A DNA stretch of 64,000 nucleotides from positions 1,024,001-1,088,000 of the forward strand of contig OZ219858.1 of NCBI GenBank assembly GCA_964291395.2, written 5' to 3'. Made by a program: the position numbers and the translations under genes. Below, piece by piece: positions 9,458 through 20,265 of the stretch. This DNA is from Alphaproteobacteria bacterium (lineage in GTDB: Bacteria > Pseudomonadota > Alphaproteobacteria > UBA2966). The notes under the pieces are model-generated. The model ran no database searches. It had not been told where the DNA came from and saw only the letters and a program-made list of their open reading frames with translations. Position 1 is the stretch's first letter. Each line of letters starts with the position of its first letter.

Positions 9458-10134
9458 GATCCCGACCGTCCCATACGCTTTTCGACGGCCATCATGGTCG
9501 CGACGACGACGAAGGAAAACACCAGCAGTCCGCCGGCAAGGAGGTGGGCCTCCGCCCAACGCAAGGTCTCGACCAACTCGAAGATGGCGATGGACAGGAC
9601 CCGGGTCTCCTCCGGAATGCTGCCCCCGATCATCAGGACGACCCCGAACTCACCCACCGTGTGGGCGAAGCCCAGGACCGCGCCAGTGACGTAGCCGGGA
9701 CGGGCCAGGGGCACGGCAACCGTCCAGAACGCGTCCCACGGCGAGGCGCGCAGGGTTGCGGCGACCTCGAGCGGCCGGTCGCCGACGGATTCGAAGGCGT
9801 TGCGGATCGGTTGCACGACGAACGGCATCGAATAGATGATCGACCCGATCACCAGACCTTCGAAGGTGAACGCCAGGGAGCGCGCGCCGAACATGCCTGC
9901 GACCCATCCGCCGGGGCCGTCCGGTCCCAGCAGGATCAGCAGATAAAATCCGAGCACGGTTGGCGGCAGAACCAGGGGCAATGCCACGATGGCGGCAACC
10001 GCCTCCTTCCAGAGTACCTTCGACCTCGCCAGCCACCAGGCGATGGGCGTCCCGATCAGAAGAAGCGACACGGTCGTGACGACCGCCAGTTCCATGGTCA
10101 GACGGATGACCGGCCAGAGTTCCGAGGCTTCCAA
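9454..10134 (-). CDS. modB: Molybdate ABC transporter permease
   Basis: [31 protein letters not shown]. Confidence 0.96.
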   Translation of the reverse strand: MEASELWPVIRLTMELAVVTTVSLLLIGTPIAWWLARSKVLWKEAVAAIVALPLVLPPTVLGFYLLILLGPDGPGGWVAGMFGARSLAFTFEGLVIGSIIYSMPFVVQPIRNAFESVGDRPLEVAATLRASPWDAFWTVAVPLARPGYVTGAVLGFAHTVGEFGVVLMIGGSIPEETRVLSIAIFELVETLRWAEAHLLAGGLLVFSFVVVATMMAVEKRMGRSGS

Positions 10135-10145
10135 GGCCGGCTACC

Positions 10146-10970
10146 TCACTCGCCCGCGCCGTAGCCGTATGTTTCCTTGATGGCCCGCGCCTCGGGCCCG
10201 CGCAAGAAAGCCATGAAAGCCCGTGCCGCGGCGTTGCCGACCCCCCGGTTCAGGAGCACAGCATCCTGAGCGATGGCCGCATGGAGGTCGGTGGGCACGA
10301 CCCAACGCGACCCGGCGACGCCGTTGCCGACCTGCGAGAGGGCGACGAAGCCGAACTCGGCGTTGCCGGTGGCGACGAACTGGTAGGCCTGGCCGATGTT
10401 GATGCCTTGGACGAGCCTGGGCGCGAGGTGTTCGTATACGCCGAGCGCCCGCATCGCTTGAACGGCCGCGGCTCCATAGGGAGCCGTCGTTGGATTCGCG
10501 ATGGCGATTCGGTCGAACGACCGGTTTCGGAGCGTTGCCTTGCCGAGCTGGAGACCCGGTTCGCGGCTATATAGCGCCAAGCGGCCCACCGCGTAGGTAA
10601 ATCGGGTTCCGGGCACGGCGTATCCCTCTTCGACCGCCTTTCGGGGACGCTCCCGGTCGGCCGCGAGGAAGACCTCGTGGGGCGCGGCTTGCGTGATTTG
10701 TGCGAAGAGCTGCCCGGTCGATCCGAAGCTGAGGCTGGCCTTCTGTCCCGTCGCCTTCTCGAACGCCGCACCGATGTCGCGGGCGGCGAGGTTGAAGTTG
10801 GTGGCCACTGCTGCCCGAACCTCTTCCGCCCGAGCCGTGGCGGTGGCCCATGCCGGAACGAGTGATGCCCCCAGGAACAAGATCCCCGCCGTGAAGGGGA
10901 AAATGCCCGATCGTCCCGCTCGATCGGTCATCAGAAGGGTTTCCCGGCCCCTCAAGCGAGCTGAATGCAA
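10146..10970 (-). CDS. modA: Molybdate ABC transporter substrate-binding protein; true start may be ATG at 10931
   Basis: Signal peptide, AVATNF, FGSTGQLFAQI, IAIANP..APYG, upstream of modB. Confidence 0.94.
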   Translation of the reverse strand: MHSARLRGRETLLMTDRAGRSGIFPFTAGILFLGASLVPAWATATARAEEVRAAVATNFNLAARDIGAAFEKATGQKASLSFGSTGQLFAQITQAAPHEVFLAADRERPRKAVEEGYAVPGTRFTYAVGRLALYSREPGLQLGKATLRNRSFDRIAIANPTTAPYGAAAVQAMRALGVYEHLAPRLVQGINIGQAYQFVATGNAEFGFVALSQVGNGVAGSRWVVPTDLHAAIAQDAVLLNRGVGNAAARAFMAFLRGPEARAIKETYGYGAGE

Positions 10971-11095
10971 CCGCTCATGTCAAGTGCATCTTCCTTCATT
11001 GCGGTCTCCCGTGCCAGTCATCCCCTGAGACATGACCCTTGAATTTCCCCGGACCGACCGTCGTTCCCGCGCCGACCGCGACCGTCTGACACGGC

Positions 11096-11791
11096 CTATT
11101 CTCCGGCGGCGGCCGTGCGCGCTGCCGCCAGGTTGGCGGCGAGGAATTCGGACGTCCGTTTCTGGGCCAATACCGCCGATTCGGCGTCGTAGTCGGCCCG
11201 CTGATCGCAGTTGAATCCATGGTTGGCGTCATACATATAGACCGGGACGCCAGGGTGATGCCGCTGCACCATGGCGGCGCTTTCGGGCGGAACGTGGACA
11301 TCGTGCTCCGCGAAGTGCGCCATGAACGGACATCCGGGCCGTTCGTCGATGAACTGAATGATCTGGCCGCCATAGTAGCTGACCGCCGCATCGGCTCCGC
11401 ACCGCGTCGCCGCGAGCCATGCCAGCGAACCGCCCCAGCAATAGCCGACGACGCCGACTGCGCCCGCCTCCCGCGCAAGGCCGATGACCGTTCTCATGTC
11501 CGCGACCGAAGGTTCCCACTCGACTCCCTGGCGCAATTCGCGTCCCCGAACCAAGTCCTCGTCGCCGTAGCCCGGGACTTCGACGCCCTTCTCCACCCGG
11601 TCGTAGAGTGCGGGCGCCAGCGCAAGGTACCCCTCGGCGGCGTACCGTTCGCACATGTCCCGGATATGATCGTTCATGCCGAACGCCTCGTGCATGATCA
11701 CGATGCCGGCGCGAGGCGACTCTCGAGAGCCGGCGCGATAGACGCGGATAAAGACCCCGTCGTGCATTCTCGCTTCCATCATCTGTCCCAT
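11096..11791 (-). CDS. Dienelactone hydrolase family protein
   Basis: HEAFG, GYCWGG nucleophile motif, HGFNCD. Confidence 0.93.
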   Translation of the reverse strand: MGQMMEARMHDGVFIRVYRAGSRESPRAGIVIMHEAFGMNDHIRDMCERYAAEGYLALAPALYDRVEKGVEVPGYGDEDLVRGRELRQGVEWEPSVADMRTVIGLAREAGAVGVVGYCWGGSLAWLAATRCGADAAVSYYGGQIIQFIDERPGCPFMAHFAEHDVHVPPESAAMVQRHHPGVPVYMYDANHGFNCDQRADYDAESAVLAQKRTSEFLAANLAAARTAAAGE

Positions 11792-11913
11792 GGCGTACCT
11801 CCCGGTCCGAATTTTCCGATCGACTATAGAGGCCGTACTCCCGCGTCGCCTTCACGTGCCCCGATTATGCTAACATCACTCCCACCGAGCCCGCCGGAAG
11901 AGGACCTCGCGAC

Positions 11914-13128
11914 ATGTCCCGGAATGCGACCGAATGGAGCCAGCGGCCGAATCTCGCGCCGACACACTACGTCGACCCCCGCATCTATACCGATCAAACC
12001 CTGTTCGAGGAGGAGCGGGAGAAGATCTTCAAGAAGGTGTGGTCGGTCGTTTGCCACGAAAGCGAGGTGCCGAACGCTTGCGATTACCGGCGCTGCCAGC
12101 ATATGAGCGGCAAGGAACTCCTCGTCGTCCGTGGCAACGACATGAAGATCCGCACCTTTTACAACCACTGTTCTCACCGCGGGAATCTGCTGGCCATGGA
12201 GCCTTCTGGCAATGCCAAGCGGATCACCTGCATCTTCCACCAGTGGTCCTACGACACCAAAGGCAACTGCCTGGAGATCACGCGCCAGAAGGAAGGGTAT
12301 CAGGACCGGATCTCGAAGAAGGACATGGGCCTGAGGGAAGTCAGGACCGAAGTGGGTCTCGGCGGGTTCGTATGGGTCAACGCCGACGACGACTGCGGGC
12401 CGCTCGAGGAGTTCGTGGGCGATTCGCTGGACTACCTGAAGGAGGAGCTGTCCACGAAGCCGCTCGAGATCATCAGCTACCACAAGGCGATCGTGAACTC
12501 GAACTACAAGCTGTGGTACGACACCAACAGCGAACTCTACCATGACTTCCTGCACCACCATAACCGCAAGATCGCCCTCGTCCAGCCCGGGTACTGGGAT
12601 CGCCGGGTGCACACCCACGACCATGGGCACATCAGCGTCGATTCGATGGAATGCCGCTACGACGCTTACGAGGGCAACGACGGCTTGCAGCGGCGGCTGG
12701 GCTGGCCCGGCGGCGAGGTAGCCTGCCACAAGTTGATCGACCTGTTCCCGACCATGACCTTCATCCTCCGGGCGCCGGCCTTCCGCCTAGACACCATGGT
12801 GCCGCTGGCGCCGGACAAGGTCGTCATCGAATTCCGTGGTTTCGCCGTCAAGGGGGATTCGGCCGGAGATCGCGAGGCGCGCGTGAGGGATCACAACTCG
12901 ATCTGGGGCCCCTTCGGGCGCAACCTGCCGGAGGACGAGATCGCCATCGTCGGCCAGATGATGGCGATGAGAAACGGCGACGACAGCACCTACGTCCTGC
13001 ACGGCCGGGAAGAGCCCTCCATCCAGAACGAGATCGGCATGCGCCATTACTACGGCGAATGGAGCAGATGGATGGAACGCAGCGCCTCGGACCCGTTCGG
13101 CAATCGGTCCATCGCCGCGGCCGAATAG
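11914..13128 (+). CDS. Rieske oxygenase alpha subunit, methanesulfonate monooxygenase MsmA-like (copy 1)
   Basis: CSH-X17-CIFH Rieske motif; NSELYHDFLH and PED iron ligands; HNSIWGPFGRNL and HGREE resemble MsmA. Confidence 0.82.
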   Translation: MSRNATEWSQRPNLAPTHYVDPRIYTDQTLFEEEREKIFKKVWSVVCHESEVPNACDYRRCQHMSGKELLVVRGNDMKIRTFYNHCSHRGNLLAMEPSGNAKRITCIFHQWSYDTKGNCLEITRQKEGYQDRISKKDMGLREVRTEVGLGGFVWVNADDDCGPLEEFVGDSLDYLKEELSTKPLEIISYHKAIVNSNYKLWYDTNSELYHDFLHHHNRKIALVQPGYWDRRVHTHDHGHISVDSMECRYDAYEGNDGLQRRLGWPGGEVACHKLIDLFPTMTFILRAPAFRLDTMVPLAPDKVVIEFRGFAVKGDSAGDREARVRDHNSIWGPFGRNLPEDEIAIVGQMMAMRNGDDSTYVLHGREEPSIQNEIGMRHYYGEWSRWMERSASDPFGNRSIAAAE

Positions 13129-13197
13129 GCCGGGGACTCCCTACCCCCGCCGCCACGTAACCGCTCGGAATTGAAGGAAGATCGAGGACAACGCGAG

Positions 13198-13773
13198 ATG
13201 GCGACGACCAAGACCGTGACCGGGAAGCCGCGTGGCAAGCCGGCTGTGGCCGCCAAACCCGGCCGCAAGAAGGCGGCCGGCTCCGGGTTCGATTCCCCGG
13301 CGGAGCGGGAAAAGGCGGTGCGGGAGCTCGTCGCCCGGACCTGCCTGACGATGGACGCCTACGACTTCGACGGCTATCTCGATCTCTGTCATCCGGATTT
13401 CCGGTACACGATCACGACCTACAGCCCCGAGCTGCGAAAGGATATCACGTGGCTCGACCACGATTTCGCCGGCATGAAAACCCTGCTGGAGGTGCTGCCG
13501 CTGCACGCGAGCGACCACTTCCTGCGCCTGACCATGTCCCGGCACCTCAGCGTCTACACCGTCGACTGCATCGAAAACGACACGCGTGCCGCGGTCGTCT
13601 CGGGGCTGCAGGTCTTCAACACGGCCAGGGATGGCGGAGTCACCGAGCTTCTCGCCGTGGCGAAGTATCACGACGTCGTCGCCCTCGAGGGCGGTAGGGC
13701 CTCGTTGCTCAACCGGGAGGTCCGCCTCGATACCCGGATGCTCGGCGAAACCGGTTCCCTGATCCCGTTTTGA
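13198..13773 (+). CDS. Rieske oxygenase beta subunit, MsmB-like
   Basis: YTITTYSPELRKDITWLDHD..GMK.L...LP.H.SD; R.VRLDTR..G....IPF end; lies between two alpha subunits. Confidence 0.82.
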   Translation: MATTKTVTGKPRGKPAVAAKPGRKKAAGSGFDSPAEREKAVRELVARTCLTMDAYDFDGYLDLCHPDFRYTITTYSPELRKDITWLDHDFAGMKTLLEVLPLHASDHFLRLTMSRHLSVYTVDCIENDTRAAVVSGLQVFNTARDGGVTELLAVAKYHDVVALEGGRASLLNREVRLDTRMLGETGSLIPF

Positions 13774-13910
13774 TGGACCGCCCCGGTTCGGGGAAAGAGC
13801 CGGGTACGGTAGAATAGGGTTTAGCAGTATGGACCGGGTGTGAAGGCGTTCCGATAACGTTCGGGGTGACGGGATGCCTGAATGTAGAACTTTCGATAAG
13901 GGTTAGAGGC

Positions 13911-15125
13911 ATGCCGCGTACTGGTACCCAATGGGAAGCGAGACCGAACCTTCCGCCGACTCACTACGTCGACCCCCGTGTCTACACGGACCAGTCGATC
14001 TTCGAGGAAGAGCGCGAGAAGATCTTCGAGAAGGTGTGGGCGATCGTCTGCCACGAGAGCGAGGTGCCCAACGCTTACGACTTCCGCCGCTGCCAGCATA
14101 TGAACGGCAAGGAGCTTCTGGTCGTGCGCGGCAAGGACATGAAGGTCCGCGTCTTCTACAACCAGTGCCCGCACCGGGGGAATGTGCTGGCCTTCGAGCC
14201 GTCCGGAAACGCGAGGCGCATCACCTGCATCTTCCATTTGTGGTCGTTCGACACGCAAGGCAACTGCGTCGAGATCACGCGCGAGAAGGAAGGTTTTCAG
14301 GATCGCCTGTCCAGGAAGGACGTGGGGCTGCGCGAGGTGAAGTCCGAAATGGACGTGGGCGGGTTCGTCTGGGTCAACGTCGACGACGACTGCGAACCGC
14401 TCGACGAGTTCCTGGGTGATTCGGTCGAGTTCCTGTGCGGCGAGCTGACCACGGCGCCCTTGGAAATCATGTGCTACCACAAGGCGATCGTGCCCACGAA
14501 CTACAAGCTCTGGCATGACACCAACCGTGATCTCTATCACGAGTTCCTGCATCGCCAGAACCGCCTGATCGCGATGGGCCAGCCCGGGTACCTGGACCGC
14601 CGGTATCACATGCACGTCCACGGCCACGTTACTGCCGATCCCTCGGTCAACAGCTACAAGAACATCGAGAAGGACAGCGGTGCCAAGAGACAGATGGGTT
14701 GGCCGGGCGGTGAGGCCGCGCTGCACAAGCTCTGCAATCTCTTCCCCACGGTGACCTACAACATGCGGCCGCCGGCGTTGCGCATCGACACCATGGTGCC
14801 GCTCGGGCCCGAGGAGACGATCGTCGAATTCCGGGGCTTCGGCATCAAGGACGATTCGCCCGAAATACGCCGGGAGCGTCTCCGGGACTACAATTCCTTC
14901 TGGGGGCCCTTCGGGCGGAACCTGCCCGAGGATTTCATCGCCATCGTGGGCCAGTCGATCGGCCTCAACCATGGGCGTGGCAGCCCTTACATCCTGCACG
15001 GGCGCGAGGAAGAGACGCCCCACAGCGAGGTCTGTATCCGCCACTATTTCGCGGAGTGGAGCCGGATGATGGGCCGCAGTGCCTCGGATCCCTTCAACGA
15101 GCTTCCGGCCGTCGCCGCCGAATGA
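13911..15125 (+). CDS. Rieske oxygenase alpha subunit, MsmA-like (copy 2)
   Basis: CPH-X17-CIFH; NRDLYHEFLH; WGPFGRNLPED; clear paralogue of 11914-13128. Confidence 0.82.
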   Translation: MPRTGTQWEARPNLPPTHYVDPRVYTDQSIFEEEREKIFEKVWAIVCHESEVPNAYDFRRCQHMNGKELLVVRGKDMKVRVFYNQCPHRGNVLAFEPSGNARRITCIFHLWSFDTQGNCVEITREKEGFQDRLSRKDVGLREVKSEMDVGGFVWVNVDDDCEPLDEFLGDSVEFLCGELTTAPLEIMCYHKAIVPTNYKLWHDTNRDLYHEFLHRQNRLIAMGQPGYLDRRYHMHVHGHVTADPSVNSYKNIEKDSGAKRQMGWPGGEAALHKLCNLFPTVTYNMRPPALRIDTMVPLGPEETIVEFRGFGIKDDSPEIRRERLRDYNSFWGPFGRNLPEDFIAIVGQSIGLNHGRGSPYILHGREEETPHSEVCIRHYFAEWSRMMGRSASDPFNELPAVAAE

Positions 15126-15147
15126 TCCCGGAGGCCAGCAGCGGAGA

Positions 15148-15891
15148 TCACAGCGTCAGGGCGCTGACGCCGATCCCGGCGAGGAGCCACAACACGAACC
15201 TGCGGTAAACGGCCTTCGAGGCGCGTCGTACCAGTAGCGATCCCAACCGCACCCCCGCGGAATAGGGGATCAGCAGCACAAGCATGCGGAGAACCGTGGT
15301 CAGGCTGACCGTTCCCGCGATGATCAGAGCTGCCGCCATGAGGACGGCCAGACTGTAGGTCACGACGTAGATGTTGGCCCGGGTCTCGACCAGCTCGCCG
15401 GGCCACGAGATGAAATACAAACTGACGATCGACCCGCCGCCCGACATGAAGCCGCTGAGGGCGCCGCTCGACACGCCGACGGCCAGGTTCATGGCGAGAT
15501 TGCGCGGGCCGCTATATGTCCAGCCGGACAGCATGATCAGCGCGAAGACGACGATGAGGCCGCCGATCACGCGTCTCACGGTCTCCGGCTCGTTGATCAG
15601 CAGCATCACGGTGCCGCACGGCACCCCGATCAGGGCGGCCAGGAGGATCGGCCCCACGACCGGCCAATTGGCGTTGCGGACGCCGTGCGGTAGAAGCTGG
15701 ACCGCGCCGATGGTGACGGCCATGCCCACGATCGCGAGTGCCGACGCCGGGTTATAGACCCATGCCAGCAACGGTACCATGCTGAGGCCGGCGCCGAAGC
15801 CCGCGAATCCGTAGATCAAGCCGCCCATCAGGGCGATCCCAATGGCCAGCGCGAATCGCAGGGTAAGGAAGTCGGCCAGCAGCTCGGGCAT
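15148..15891 (-). CDS. TauE/SafE sulfite exporter family membrane protein
   Basis: G.IYGFAGFGAGL N-terminal motif, about 8 hydrophobic segments. Confidence 0.85.
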   Translation of the reverse strand: MPELLADFLTLRFALAIGIALMGGLIYGFAGFGAGLSMVPLLAWVYNPASALAIVGMAVTIGAVQLLPHGVRNANWPVVGPILLAALIGVPCGTVMLLINEPETVRRVIGGLIVVFALIMLSGWTYSGPRNLAMNLAVGVSSGALSGFMSGGGSIVSLYFISWPGELVETRANIYVVTYSLAVLMAAALIIAGTVSLTTVLRMLVLLIPYSAGVRLGSLLVRRASKAVYRRFVLWLLAGIGVSALTL

Positions 15892-15956
15892 CAAGGGATC
15901 AGGCGTTCCCCGGCAACGGAGGTTTGCCGGCATCGATCCCGATATTCGAGGCGACC

Positions 15957-16730
15957 CTAGTCCTTGAAAGATGGATCGGCGCGCTCCGCTTGGCGCATAA
16001 GGCCGGCAAAATCCCGCTCGCAGTGCCCCGGACCAAAACTTTCGAACTGCTTGGCCGTATGCTCCGCGATGTCCTCCGGAACCTCCAGGATCCTGGCGCC
16101 GGTCGACATGGCGTCGATCTGAACCTGACTGCAAGTCTCCAGATAAAACATGAGCTGCATGCTGTGGGCGATGCTCACGCCCGCCGTCAGAAGACCGTGA
16201 CTCCGCAGGATCATTGCGTAATGCGGGCTGAGGTCGCGGATCAGGCGTTGCCCTTCGCTCAGGTCATGCGCGATGCCCTCGAACGGGTGATAGCCGATTC
16301 GGTTGTGAAAACGGCACGATTGCTGGTCGATGGTCAGCAGACCACAGTCCATCGCGGAGATCGCCATGCCCGCCCGCGTGTGGGTATGCATCACCGAGTT
16401 GACATCCGGCCGGCCCGCAAGAATGCCGCTGTGGATCGTGAAGCCCGCCGGGTTCACACTGTAGTCGGACTCGGTGAGTTGATTGCCGTCGTAGTCGACC
16501 TTGATCAGGCTCGACGCCGTGATCTCCTCGAAAAAGACGCCATGGGGATTGAGGAGGAGCGTACCTTCCTCGCCGGGCACCCGTGCCGAAATATGAGACG
16601 CGCCCAGATACGTCCAGCCTTGCAAGGCCGTAATGCGGTAGGCCGCCGCCAGTTGAACCCGAGTCTCCCATTCCACCTCCGAAACGCCGTCGCGTACCGA
16701 TTTCGACGCATCCACCGCCCTGATCGACAT
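15957..16730 (-). CDS. Class II aldolase/adducin family protein
   Basis: HISARVP, FEEITASSL, GFTIHS, MHTHT, LRSHG. Confidence 0.92.
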   Translation of the reverse strand: MSIRAVDASKSVRDGVSEVEWETRVQLAAAYRITALQGWTYLGASHISARVPGEEGTLLLNPHGVFFEEITASSLIKVDYDGNQLTESDYSVNPAGFTIHSGILAGRPDVNSVMHTHTRAGMAISAMDCGLLTIDQQSCRFHNRIGYHPFEGIAHDLSEGQRLIRDLSPHYAMILRSHGLLTAGVSIAHSMQLMFYLETCSQVQIDAMSTGARILEVPEDIAEHTAKQFESFGPGHCERDFAGLMRQAERADPSFKD

Positions 16731-16810
16731 GCATCTTCCCCTGAATTCGACTTCTCCCACCTAGCCACTATAGCATCTTGCGGGTGCCGTCGAACGGCGG
16801 GGAAAGAGGG

Positions 16811-17605
16811 TCAGGACCACGGCAGATCGCCACCGCCGGTGACGTTGACATTGGCCCCGGTGATGAAGCTTCCGGCATCCGAACACAGCAAGAGCGCGGC
16901 CCCCACGAGGTCCTCCGGCAGTCCGGCGCGGCCCATCGGGCTCGTCCGTTCGATCATGGCCTGCCAGTCCGCCTTGTTTCGTCGCCGAAAGCGGTTGCGA
17001 TCGGTATCGATGAGCCCCGGAGAGAGGTTGTTGATGGTCACTCCCGACTTCACGTATTGGCGGCTCAAGTTCACGACCAGGTTGTACTGAGCGCTCTTAA
17101 GGCCCGCGTAGACCGCCAGTTCGATGATCGGGTTGGCCTGCTGGACGCTTCCGAGCGTCAAGACCCGGCCCCAGCCGCGTTCCGCCATCGCAGGCAGCGC
17201 CCGCTGGAGAAGTTGAATGGGGACGCGGTAATTCATGCGGCATTGGAGATCGATCTGCTCGACCGTGACGTCCGCGAAGGCGCTGGGGATCTGGATATTG
17301 GCGTTGCTCACGAGGATATCGACGCGCCCCAGGGCCGAGACCGCCTGGTCGTACGCGTCGAGGATGGCGCCGTCGACCGAGAGATCCCCCTCGATCGCGA
17401 AGGCCTTCACACCATGGGACCGCGCTTCGTCGACGAACTCCCTTGCGGCGTCCGGGAAGCCCACCTCGGCATCGAACGCCGACGTGTGATTGATCGCCAC
17501 ATGGGCGCCGTGCTCGGCCAACGCCATCGCGATGGCGCGGCCTATGCCCCGGCTCGCGCCGGTCACGAATGCGGTTCGACCGGAAACGTCAAAACGGTTA
17601 TCCAT
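16811..17605 (-). CDS. SDR family oxidoreductase
   Basis: TGASRGIG, YAGLK, PGLIDTD. Confidence 0.92.
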   Translation of the reverse strand: MDNRFDVSGRTAFVTGASRGIGRAIAMALAEHGAHVAINHTSAFDAEVGFPDAAREFVDEARSHGVKAFAIEGDLSVDGAILDAYDQAVSALGRVDILVSNANIQIPSAFADVTVEQIDLQCRMNYRVPIQLLQRALPAMAERGWGRVLTLGSVQQANPIIELAVYAGLKSAQYNLVVNLSRQYVKSGVTINNLSPGLIDTDRNRFRRRNKADWQAMIERTSPMGRAGLPEDLVGAALLLCSDAGSFITGANVNVTGGGDLPWS

Positions 17606-17801
17606 GTTCCTCTCCCGGTTTGCGACCTGACGTAAGCCCCACTATGCCACACGAACCGGGTCGCCGACCGGCAATCCGGCCACGAGTCCGACGCGGGGCT
17701 TGGCGCCGCGGCCGGTCATCGCCGTGTTGCGGCAATGTTCTGCTGCCAATGCCGCCAAACACGATGCTAGAGTAGCGCTGGCATTCACGGGGGGTACGAA
17801 C

Positions 17802-18065
17802 ATGCCAAAACCGGGTTCCATCAAGAAGCAACCGGAGGAAGGCACGCTTGTACGAGCCAATGAAGCGGCGCTGGTCGTGGGCGAGGATAGCGAACTGCGG
17901 CTGATTTTGCCGGACTACGAGGATGACAACGATATTCCGCAGGGCGCGCTGCTTCTCGCGGCGGTGCTGGTCCGCGCGGAGGACGAGGAATGGATCAACG
18001 AGATGTCGGCATTCCTTTTGGAACGTTACGCTGACGACGAAGAGAGCGGCCCGCCGCTCCAATAA
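17802..18065 (+). CDS. Small acidic hypothetical protein
   Basis: GGGGG RBS before ATG; protein-like composition; fills the gap upstream of the ADH gene. Confidence 0.6.
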   Translation: MPKPGSIKKQPEEGTLVRANEAALVVGEDSELRLILPDYEDDNDIPQGALLLAAVLVRAEDEEWINEMSAFLLERYADDEESGPPLQ

Positions 18066-18108
18066 TCCGTCCGAAGCCCCGAATTCCGGCTGCGCGAGGT
18101 TCGTCATC

Positions 18109-19242
18109 ATGGCGCTCATCAACTATCTGACGAGGATCCAGTTCGACTACGGTGCGGTCCAGCTCCTGAAGGAAGAACTCGAGGCGCTGGGAGTGAACAG
18201 ACCCATGATCGTGACGGATGAGGGGGTCCGCAGTGCTGGCCTCCTCGAGCCCGTTCTTTCCTCCATCGTCCAGGATCCGGAACCGACGATTTTTGACGAG
18301 ACGCCCGGGAACCCGACGGAAGAGGCGCTTGAGGCGGCTCTCGCGCTCTATGGGGAGCGCGGGTGCGACGGCCTGATCGGAGTCGGCGGCGGCTCGTCGA
18401 TCGACCTCGCCAAGGGTGTCGCCCTCATGGCGACCCACGAGCCTCCTCTGGAACGGTATGCGGCCATACTCGGTGGCGTGGAGAGGATCGCATCGGACGT
18501 CGCGCCGGTCATCGCCATTCCCACGACCGCCGGGACGGGAAGCGAAGTCGGCCGCGCTGCCCTGCTCACGCTCCGGGACGGGCGAAAACTTGCATTTGTC
18601 GCGCCCAACATGATCCCGCGCGCGGCCATCTGCGATCCGGAGCTGACACTGGGCCTGCCGCGCGGCCTCACCGCGGCAACGGGTATGGACGCCTTGACGC
18701 ATTGTATCGAGACCTTCCTGTCGCCGCGCGTGAATCCACCCGCCGATGCGATTGCCCTCGACGGAGTCAATCGCGTGATGCGGTTCATCCAACGCGCCGT
18801 CGGGGATGGGACGGATGGCGAAGCCCGTTGGAATATGATGATGGCCTCCCTCCAGGGCGGCATGACGTTTCAGAAAGGCCTTGGCGCCGTTCACGCCATG
18901 TCCCACCCCCTCGGGGGATTGAGCGAGCCGGTGCTGCATCACGGGACGCTGAATGCCGTGATCCTGCCTGCAGTACTCCGATTCAATGCCAACCACGTCG
19001 GCGACAAGTACGATCGGCTTCGCGATGCCATGGGGCTGGCCGCCGGCGCGGACGTGGCGGCGGCGATCGAGGCACTCAACCGGCGAATCGGCATGCCCGC
19101 GAACCTGAGGGAGATGGGCGTTACGGACGAGGTCCTTCCCCGCATGATCGAAGGCGCGGTGGTCGATCACTGTAACGCATCGAATCCGCGGCCCACGGAT
19201 GCTTCGGCCTACGAACGCTTGTTTGCCGAGGCCATGGGTTGA
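18109..19242 (+). CDS. Iron-containing alcohol dehydrogenase (4-hydroxybutyrate dehydrogenase-like)
   Basis: GGGSSID.AK, PTTAGTGSE, GMDALTH, HAMSH, HHG. Confidence 0.94.
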   Translation: MALINYLTRIQFDYGAVQLLKEELEALGVNRPMIVTDEGVRSAGLLEPVLSSIVQDPEPTIFDETPGNPTEEALEAALALYGERGCDGLIGVGGGSSIDLAKGVALMATHEPPLERYAAILGGVERIASDVAPVIAIPTTAGTGSEVGRAALLTLRDGRKLAFVAPNMIPRAAICDPELTLGLPRGLTAATGMDALTHCIETFLSPRVNPPADAIALDGVNRVMRFIQRAVGDGTDGEARWNMMMASLQGGMTFQKGLGAVHAMSHPLGGLSEPVLHHGTLNAVILPAVLRFNANHVGDKYDRLRDAMGLAAGADVAAAIEALNRRIGMPANLREMGVTDEVLPRMIEGAVVDHCNASNPRPTDASAYERLFAEAMG

Positions 19243-19286
19243 GCCGTGCCGGGTTCACCGAAACGCCTTTCACGGGAGTCGCCGCG

Positions 19287-20183
19287 ATGACGAACAAGCT
19301 GGGATTCATTGGCCTCGGTAGTATGGGAATGCCGATGGCGCGGCATCTGATGAAGGCCGGGCACGACGTCGTCGTTTACGATTTGAATCGAGAAGCGATG
19401 AAAGAGGCGGAGCGAGGCGGTGGAGAGGCGGTAACGTCACCGATGGACGTAGGGTCGCGCGCGGAAATCGTGTTCGCGTGCGTGAACACGCCCCGAGCCC
19501 TGTTCGATATCGTGCTCGGCGAAGACGGCGCATGTCATGGGGACCGACTGCGCGTCTTCGTCGATCTTTCGACCACGGGTCCGCCCACGGAACGGGAAGT
19601 CGCGGCCGGACTCGAAGGAACGGGCATCACGCTCGTGGACTCGCCGATCAGCGGCGGCAGGCGCGGCGCGATCGCCGGGACCCTGGCCGTCATGATGGCA
19701 GGTCAGGATGCGGCATGCGACGAGATTGAGCCGCTCGTCGGAACGTTCGCCAGGAACATCTTCCGTATCGGCGATACGCCCGGGCAAGCGCAAACCATGA
19801 AGGTCGCCAATACCTTGATGTCGAGCACTGCGTCCGCCGTTACCGCCGAGGTTCTGGTTATGGGCGTCAAAGCGGGGCTCGATCCGAATCTGATGATCGA
19901 CGTGTTCAACACGAGCACGGCCCGCAATTCCGCGACCCTGGAGAAGTTCCCCGACGCCGTGTTGACTCGAACCTTCGATTTGGGATCGATGCACGCCATC
20001 GTGCTGAAGGATCTCAATTTATACCTGGAGGCTGCCAAAGACGTTGACGCCCCGCTCATGCTGGGTCCTGCGGTCGTCGACATGTGGGAGAAGAGCATGG
20101 CCGCCAACGGTGAGAGGTCGGACAACTCGACCATCGTGAAGTTCATCGAGTCGCAGGGCGGCGTCATCGTCGGCTCGGAATAG
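19287..20183 (+). CDS. 3-hydroxyisobutyrate dehydrogenase-family NAD(P) oxidoreductase
   Basis: GFIGLGSMG, DSPISGG, MKVAN catalytic Lys. Confidence 0.92.
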   Translation: MTNKLGFIGLGSMGMPMARHLMKAGHDVVVYDLNREAMKEAERGGGEAVTSPMDVGSRAEIVFACVNTPRALFDIVLGEDGACHGDRLRVFVDLSTTGPPTEREVAAGLEGTGITLVDSPISGGRRGAIAGTLAVMMAGQDAACDEIEPLVGTFARNIFRIGDTPGQAQTMKVANTLMSSTASAVTAEVLVMGVKAGLDPNLMIDVFNTSTARNSATLEKFPDAVLTRTFDLGSMHAIVLKDLNLYLEAAKDVDAPLMLGPAVVDMWEKSMAANGERSDNSTIVKFIESQGGVIVGSE

Positions 20184-20265
20184 AGCACCGATATCCCTGT
20201 CGCCGTGAGCGATGAGGAGTGTCAGAGCGGTTTCAGTCGAACGGGAACCGCTCTAGCGTTTACCG

